Assembly: GCA_963803435.1 (NCBI GenBank)
Contig: CAWDML010000007.1
Span: forward strand, 96,001-160,000
Source of the DNA: an uncultured delta proteobacterium
Lineage (GTDB): Bacteria > Myxococcota > Kuafuiibacteriia > Kuafuiibacteriales > Kuafuiibacteriaceae
Direction: 5' to 3'
DNA: 64,000 nt
Every line of letters begins with the position of its first letter. Positions within the stretch are counted from its first letter, which is position 1. The position numbers and the translations under genes were made by a program. This document shows positions 56,595-64,000 of this stretch, one piece after another. Under the pieces are notes generated by a model that searched no databases, was not told where the DNA came from, and saw nothing but the letters and a program-made list of their open reading frames with translations.

Positions 56595-58746
56595 ATGGGC
56601 GAGACCCAGAGCGCCCTGATCGGTGCGTTCGTGACGGTCGCCGTCATGACGAGCGTCCTCCTGCGCCGTCGCAATCGGCGCACCGACGTCCTGTTCGCGG
56701 TCCTCTGCGTCACGCTGCTGCTCTGGTTCGTCGCCACCTTCCTCACCGGCTGGTCGGACGCCTGGATGCGCGCCGAGCTGGCCACCGCCGCCCTCGTCCC
56801 CGCCGCGCTGATCCGGCTCTTCGACGATCTGGTGCCGCTGAGCTCGGCCACCGGACGCAGCCTGGGCGGCGCCATCTATCCTCTTTCGGGCGTCGTCGCC
56901 GTCATCGCCATCTCACCGCTCGGCGACACGCGGCCGGTCCGCATCGGCGTCGCCGTCTATGTTGGCGTGGTCGTGCTCCTCGCTTCGAACCTGATGATCA
57001 AGTCGACGGATCTCCAGCGAGGAACCGTCGAGTACGTGCGGCGGCGCTACGTCGCGATCGGGGCCTCGCTGGTGATGATGCTGGCGATCATCGGGGAGCT
57101 GCCCTGGCTCGAGTTCAGCTTCAACGCGATGGGCCACCTCGGCGTGATGCTGTACGTGTTCTTCCTCTCGCAGGTGATCCTGCGCGACCGACTGCTGGAC
57201 CTGAACGAGTTCATCGGGCGCATGACGGTGATGGGCATCCTGGCAGTGCTCTTCGCCGCGATGTTCGCGCTCCTGATCAGCCTCGGGACCAACTTCTCGT
57301 CCCGGCTCTTCAACGCGGTCGTGGGCGTCATGATCCTGCTGACGCTCTACGAGCCGCTCAAGGTGCGGTTGGAGGCCAAGACGCTCGAGCTGTTCTTCCG
57401 CGAGCGCCACCGCTTCGTCCTGACACTCGAGGATCTGCGCCGTCGCATGCACCACGGCGTCATCGATCCCACGAAGATGGCCGCCATCGTGGTGGACACG
57501 CTGTACGACGCGCGCCGCGCCACCCACTCCGCGATCTACTTCCTCGATCCCATGCGGAACGAGCTCGCCGTGCAGACCCACCGGGGCCCCGCCCCGCCCC
57601 AGCGCGTGAACGCGGAGACCTCGCCGGTGCTGTGGCAGGCGATCCAGCAGAACCGGGCGCCTCTCCTCACCGAACGCCTCGCCGACGAGGGCGGCGAGGA
57701 GGGCGCCAAGAACCGCGATCTCATCGAGCAGATGCGCGCCGTCAGCGCCGATGTGCTGCTCCCGTTCGTCTCCGGCGAGACCGTGCTCGGGTTCCTGGCT
57801 CTCCGCGACGACAGCTCTCCCGAGCCCTACTCGACGGCCGAGATCGCGAAGCTGATGCAGATCGCGGAGACCGCCGCGACGGTGATCTGGAACTCCAAGC
57901 TCATGGAGCGGCTCCGCGAGCGCGAGCGGCTGGCGACGGTGGGCGCGATGGCGGCCGGTCTCGCCCACGAGATCCGAAACCCGCTCGGTGCGATCAAGGG
58001 CGCCGCGGAGTACCTCGACCCCGGCCGATTCCTTGAGGGCGACGAGGCCGAGTTCCTTCAGGTGATCATCGACGAGACGAACCGCCTCAACTCCGTGGTA
58101 TCCCAGTTCCTCGACTATGCGCGGCCCTTCCGCGCGCAGTTCCAGGAGATCGACGTCAACGAGGTCGTCCGCAAGACCGCCAAGCTGATCCAGGCCGAGC
58201 ACGGCGAGAGCCTCGTCGCGCTCCAGCTCGACGAGAGCGTCCCTCCGATCCGCTCCGACGGTGAGCAGCTCAAGCAGGTCGTGCTCAACCTCGCGCTCAA
58301 CGGGCTCGACGCCTCCGCCGGCCGCGAGCGACCGGTCACAATCAGTACCCGCCACGTGCCGGAGCGCAGCTGCGTCGAGCTCTCGGTGAAGGACGAGGGC
58401 CGCGGCATCCCGCCCGATGATCTCGGATCGGATCTTCATTCCGTTCTTCACCACCAAACAGCAGGGCACAGGCCTCGGCCTCGCCGTCTGCCAGCGCATC
58501 GTCCACAACCATGGTGGCAGCATCTACCCCGAGTCGAAGCTCGGCGAAGGGACACGCTTCGTCGTCGTCCTTCCGATCGAGAAGAAGGAGCACGGATCGA
58601 TCACCGGCTCGTTCGCCCGCCCCACACGCGCCGGCAGCATCAGCGGCGATCTCCCGGCGCTGGAGCCCGCCCGGGTGATGGCGCGGGTCAAGGACGAGCC
58701 CGAGCCTGCACCTGCGCTCGAGGTCGATCCGGTGAAGTCGACCTGA
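56595..58746 (+). CDS. Membrane sensor histidine kinase with GAF domain; frameshift near 58425
   Basis: Multi-TM N-terminus, GAF, H-box [24 protein letters not shown]; the next frame gives [15 protein letters not shown]. Confidence 0.92.
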
Positions 58747-58768
58747 TGGCGTCCCGCCCCTGAGGAAG

Positions 58769-61700
58769 TCACACGATCGGGACGCAGCGACAGTTCACCG
58801 GATCGCAGGTCTCGTTCGGCGCGCAGCCGCCGCATTCGGCGGGACAGACACAGCCGCAGCCGTTGTTCGGATCGCAGATTTGCCGGTTGTGACAGTTGTT
58901 CGTCGCCTCGCAGTTGGGGGCGCACTGGCACTGGCACGCGGTGGCGTTGCAGATGGTGTTGTCGGGGCAGCCGCCGCAGTTGGCCGGGCAGACGCAGCCG
59001 CAACCCTGGCCGGGATCGCAGGTGGCCTTCCCCGGGCAGCCCGCGTCGCACCCGGGCGCGCAGCCGCAGGCGCACAGCGAGGAGTTGCAGGTGGTGCCGG
59101 TCGGACATCCGCCGCAGTTGGCCGGACACTGGCAGTTGCAAGCCCCGGTGTTGCACACGCGGTTGGTCCCGGCGCAGGCGCCGCCGCAGTTCCCGTCGCA
59201 CTCGCACGTGCATGTGCCCGGGTTGCAGACGGTTCCCGAGGGACAGCCGCCACAGTCGGCCGGGCACTCACAGGCGCAGGTGTTCGAGTTGCAGACCGTG
59301 TTACCGGTGCACTGGCCGTTGCAGTCCGAGGCGCAAGCACAGTTGCAATTCGCGTCGCAGGTCTGGAGCGGCCCGCAGTTCGCGGTGCACTGGCCCTGAT
59401 CGCAAGTGCAAACGCCGAGCTGCGGATCGCACATCTGGTTCGGCGCGCAGGCTCCGCCGCAGGGAGGCATCGGCGGCAGCCAGACGCGGTAACTGACGAC
59501 GACCAGGTCGTTCTGGTTGGGCCGGAAGGTGGCGCCCCGGAAGAAGACCGAGTTCGAGACCGGGTCGTAGTCGAAGCCGTTGTCCTTGTCGCGCGGCACG
59601 ACGTCCGTGCTCCCGTTCCCGCCGGTCCCGATGCGCACCACGCCGACCTTGATCGTCGAGCTGATCGGCGCGCCGGTGAGCTGGAACTGAGAGGCTGCGC
59701 CGGCCACCGCGTCGACGATCGCCTGGAGCGCGGCGCCCGGGTTGTTGACGCACGGCGAGTAGAAGGCGCCGCCGGTGGCGTTGACCACCTCGACGTAGCC
59801 GACGCCCGGTTCGTTTGCGGGGTCGCCGCCCGGGCATGCATAGCCGGTGCACTGCGTCGGGGTGGCGTTCGGCACGATCACCTGGGCGAACGCGATGCCG
59901 TTCTGGTTCTGGATCTGCGTGATGTACGGCGCCACCACGCCGTGGATGCAGGCCTGGTTCGCTGCGTTGAGGGTCACCGCGCAGATGTTGTTGTTGCCGG
60001 TGTCGTAGTAGTCGCGGATGCCGGTGTCGCAGGCGGCGCCGCCCGGATTGATGCCGCAGGCGTTCTCGGTGATCTCCTGCGCGTACTCGTCGGAGATATA
60101 GACCACCGCCATGACGGCGTCGTTGCGGAGCTTGTTCGCGACTTCGACGCCAGGAGCGCTCCGGGGAAGCGCCAGGGTGATCGCGTCGGAGGCCGCCTGC
60201 AGCCCGAACTCGCAGCCGTCCGTGTTGGCGGTGTTTTGGAGATCCTGAGCGAACGTGGTGGGATTCCGAGTGAAGCCGCTCCGCAGCGCGCCCGGCGTGG
60301 TTCCGCCGCCGGGACGGAGGCTGCTGTTGATGTGCGGGACCACGCCCATACGGAAGTCCACGCCATTGGCCGTGAGACCGTTGAAGACCGCCGTACCCGC
60401 GGTGACGATGCGGCCGCGATCGTCGTCGGTGGAGCCCGAGATGTCCGCCATCCAGATGAAGTCGGCGACAGAGGATCCGGTGGCGTCGAAGGGGTTGCAG
60501 TCCTTGCTGCGGCGCGCGCCCGCCAGCGCGAGCGCAGTCCCGTTGGTCAGATCGTTGAGCATGAGACTGCGGTTGTCCGCGATGTCGTCGTAGACGGCTG
60601 TGCGCAGCACGGCGCCCACGATCACCAACTCCTGAGGATTGGTGCGGAGCAGGATCTGGTACGTGAACACGTAGGCGGTGTCGGTCGTCCCGGTGGTGGT
60701 GGGGAGGCCGGTGAACGCGCCCGCCGCCAGGTTGGTCACCATCGCGACGAGTCGGTTGCGCACAACGCTCGGATTCGCCGCCGCGGCGGTCACCGTCACG
60801 TTGAAGATCGCCGAGACCGCGGTCTCGAAGCCGTCGTGCGACACAATCGTTCGCGGGGAGATCCGCGCCGCCAGGCCGAGCGACTGCGCAGCGGCCCCCG
60901 CGTTCAAGCGCGCGTCCAGCGCCGCCCGCTGTCCGTCGGCGGTGGCCGGGCCAGTCAAGAGCGGCATCCGCAGTACGAAGCCCGCCAGGTTGTTGGTCGG
61001 GTCGTCGAGCGCGCCCACGTCGACGTTCGAGCCGGCCGACGTCACCGTGATCGGGAGGTAGACCGCCGACTGCTCCGTCGCGAGGGTCCACGTCCCGCCG
61101 GGCGTCTGTCCGCCGACGTCGAAGCTGACGACCTTCAGGTTGTTGGTCGAGCAGATCAGGTTGATCCCGCCGCCGGTGTTGGGATCGGGATCGTTCGGGT
61201 TGGTCGGGTCCGTCCCGGTCAGGACCTCGTCGCCGTCACTGACGCCGTCGCCGTCGGTGTCGTCGTTGTTCGGGTCCGTCTCCCCCACGTCGACGCGGCC
61301 GTTCTGGTTCGCGTCCTCGGTGCCGTCGGGGATGCCGTCGCCGTCGGAGTCCGGATTGGCCGGAATCCGTCATGGTCGTAGGATCCTGGTCGGTCGGCTG
61401 GCCGGGCGGGCAGCTCGAGCCTGGAATCGGGATCTGCGTGACGCCGGCCTCTACGCCGTCGTTGATGCCGTCGCCGTCCGAGTCGTCGAGCAGCGGGCTC
61501 GTCATGTACTGGTTGATCTCGGCGCTGTCGGAGAGACCGTCGCAGTCCGTATCACTGTCGCGCGGATTGGTCTCGGTCGCCTGGGTCACGCCGTCGTGGT
61601 TCGCGTCCTCCACGCCGTCGCCGAGACCATCGCCGTCGGTGTCGGGGTTGAGCGGGTCGAGCTCACCCGGCTCGAAGATTCCGTTGCGGTTCGTGTCCTC

Positions 61701-62412
61701 GACGCCGTCGCCGATACCGTCACCGTCCGAGTCTCTCGAGCGCGGATTCAGCTCACCAGGGTCCTGTATGCCGTTGTGGTTCGCGTCCTCGACACCGTCC
61801 GGGAATCTGATCGCCGTCGGTGTCGCGCAGGTTCGGATCGGTCTCGTTCGCGTCGACGGCGCCGTCGTGGTTCGAGTCCTCGACGCCGTCCGGGATCCCA
61901 TCGCCGTCGCTGTCCGCGTTGACCGGCGAGGTGGTGGTCGTGGGATCCGCGTCGGCCAGCGGCGGACATCCACTGCCAGAGACCGACGAGGTGCGCCCGT
62001 ACTCGATGCCGTCGAGGAGACCGTCGCCGTCGCTGTCTGGGTTGTTGGGATCCGTATGGAGGCCACCGGGATAGATCGTGCTGAACTCTTCGGCGTCCGA
62101 GAGCCCGTCGCAGTCCGAGTCGAGGTGATCGTTGTTCGGGTTGTTCGGATCGGCGCCCGAGTCCACGGTGCCGCTGTCCCCGCCGGCGTTGCCGCTGTCG
62201 TCCCCGACCCCGGAGTCCTTGGGCCCGATGTCGAAGCTCCCGCAATCGTCGGCGCTTCCGTCCTCGCTGGCGTCATTCGTCCCGAAGTCGGCGAGCACCG
62301 TGCCGTCGAGGTGACCGCCTCCGGGATCCTCGCCGCAGCTACAGGCATTGATAGACGACGCGATCCCGATCGCCGAGACCAGCGTGAGCAGAGTGGAGCG
62401 CCTTAGGTTCAT
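58769..62412 (-). CDS. CglD-like large surface lipoprotein/adhesin: TSP3-type Ca-binding repeats, VWA domain, Cys-rich C-terminal repeats; frameshifts near 61805 and 61364
   Basis: Signal peptide with INAC; many DSDGDG..DG.ED.N.NG repeats across three frames; MIDAS DISGS; ten Cys-rich units at the C-terminus. Confidence 0.8.
58772..59466 (-). repeat. Ten tandem Cys-rich (CXCXC-type) protein repeats
   Basis: Units such as PADCGGCPSGTVCNPGTCTCEC, about 20-26 aa, mostly with six Cys each. Confidence 0.85.
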
Positions 62413-62570
62413 CGACACGACCTCGTCCCCGACTACCATGCAGCCCGGTAGCGCGGCTAATTCCCTCTACCGGGGACGGCACGGACTCGGAGCACTGAGC
62501 AGTATGGCAGGCCGTATTCGTGCGGCAAACGCGTGGGTCGCGCAGCGCGGGTGTAGCCGCGAGTGGTCGG

Positions 62571-63951
62571 TCAGCGCGACTCGGGCTGCGCCGCGGGCGC
62601 CAAGTCGAGGTCGGACTTCGAGCGGTCCGAGGCCTCGGCGAGACGCTTCTCCGCCTCGATCATGAGGTCGAGCGCCGCCTTCCGCTTGTTGAATTTGGGC
62701 GCGCTGGCGGCGATGCGAGCGTACTGGAGGGCCTGGTCGTAGCTCTTCTGGTCGAACGCGTCCTGCGCCAACCGGAACGCAATCTCGGCGTGGACCGGGG
62801 CGCGACCGGTCAGGGAGAGGGCTCGAATCAGGATCTGACGGCCGCCCTCAGGGTTGCCGCGCTTGAACTCGGCGCTCGCCGCACTGAGCATCGCCCGGCC
62901 CCGCTCCTCCTGCATCGCCTCCGTCTCGCGCGCCTGGCCCTCGACCGACTCGGACTTCTTGGCTTCCTTTTGCGCCAACACCTCTTCGGTCGAATCGATC
63001 CGCGTCGCGGGGGCAACCGGCTGAACGGTCGGACGGGGCGCGGGGGGTGGAGCCGGTGGGGCATCCGCGCCTGCCACCGAGCTCCCAGATCTCCGCGGTC
63101 CCGCGGCGACCACGTCATCGGCCGCCTCCCCGCCCAGCGTCGGCGCGTCCTTGGCCGGCGTTCGCAATCTCGTCGTTCGTGCGACGCCGTCCTCGTCTTC
63201 AATCGTGTCTCTTGGCTTCGAGCTCGGCTTCCGCGCGTCGCCCGTGAAGCCGCGCGTCTCGGCACGCTCGGCCGGCGCTTCGGACTTCGCGACCTTGTTC
63301 GACCTTGCCTTGGACTTGTCCTCTGCGAGCTGCGCCTTCTCGTCCGCCGGCGGCGTCGAGACGCGGCCCGACGGCTCGCGCCGGAGCGCACGGGCCGCCC
63401 GATGGCGCGCCGCGGTCGCCCGCTTCGGCTTGGCCGGCTCCGTCGGCGGCGGTACCTCGGCCGGCGCCACGGTCGTCGCAGCGCTCTCGTCCAGCCTCAC
63501 CTGATCCGGCTTCGGCTCGGCCTGCGGACCGCCGGCGGCCACCGGGCTCGGGATCCGCTCCACGCTCATCGGTGCCTGCTCGCTCGTCGACAGCATCATC
63601 GACGGTACCGTCACCAGCGCCACCAGCATCGCGACCGAGCCGGCCGCCACCAATCCCGCCATCGGGCTGGCGAACAGCTTCCGGAGCCAGCCCCTGAGGC
63701 CGCGCTTCTGCTCCTCCTGGGCGGCCTCATCGGCAGCTTGACGGGCGCTCGCAAGGATCAGCGCATCGAGGTGGGGCGACGGCTCCTCCTCGGGGAGCCC
63801 GCGAAGCGCCCCGAATCGTGGCCTCGAGACCGGCGACCTCCGCAGACAGCGCGACGTCGGAGTCGAGCGTCCGCTCGAACGCCTCCGTCTCCTCGTCCGA
63901 GAGCTCGCCGTACAGGTAGTCGACGAGCCGGCTGTCCTTCTCCGCGGTCAC
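62571..63951 (-). CDS. Anti-sigma factor-like membrane protein with C-terminal TPR; frameshift near 63815
   Basis: LVDYLYGELS.EE..AFE..L anti-sigma N-terminus (Zn ligands absent), TM helix, low-complexity linker and TPR-like C-terminus; GTGA overlap with the upstream sigma gene. Confidence 0.7.
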
Positions 63952-64000
63952 TCTGGTCCGATCCCCTGTTTCCTCAAGTGCGTCCTCAAATGCTCGAGCG
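63948..64000 (-). CDS. 3' end of probable ECF sigma factor (partial)
   Basis: Translates ...LEHLRTHLRKQGIGPE*, like a sigma region 4 C-terminus, and is coupled to the anti-sigma gene. Confidence 0.5.
   Translation of the reverse strand, partial: LEHLRTHLRKQGIGPE

Noticed and set aside
61240-62140. DNA repeat array or mobile repeat
   Set aside because: The recurring GCCGTCGCCGTC-like motifs simply encode DxDGDG calcium-binding repeats of the adhesin.
1-64000. tRNA or rRNA genes
   Set aside because: No cloverleaf or rRNA-like segment was recognised; intergenic spaces are short and mostly accounted for.

Overview
High-GC bacterial DNA with clear Myxococcota hallmarks (Ser/Thr kinases, DUF1552/DUF1592 pair, TIGR02996 domain, CglD-like TSP3/VWA adhesin, MXAN_2561/2562-like pair). 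About a dozen single-base frameshifts split otherwise intact genes; many sit at GATC sites and are probably long-read consensus errors. From left to right the window holds: a porin/PafA-type phosphatase block; msrP; a ~18 kb surface-polysaccharide locus (8.5-26.4 kb); a DUF4331/TPR operon; a 1.5 kb inverted-repeat-bounded IS1182-derived element carrying a four-helix-bundle gene; a phage-type lysozyme protein; asnB and an acylase operon; a cytochrome P460-like fusion lipoprotein with a LysR regulator; and several envelope, adhesion and signalling genes. The most notable system lies inside the polysaccharide locus: ThDP-dependent E1alpha and E1beta genes coupled to a third gene in which a lipoyl domain and an E3/E1-binding domain are fused to a PglD/NeuD-type sugar acyltransferase in place of the E2 catalytic core. 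This suggests a repurposed 2-oxoacid-dehydrogenase module that acylates a nucleotide sugar directly from acyl-lipoamide, without CoA (inference). All product calls come from motif recognition by eye; no database searches were run.
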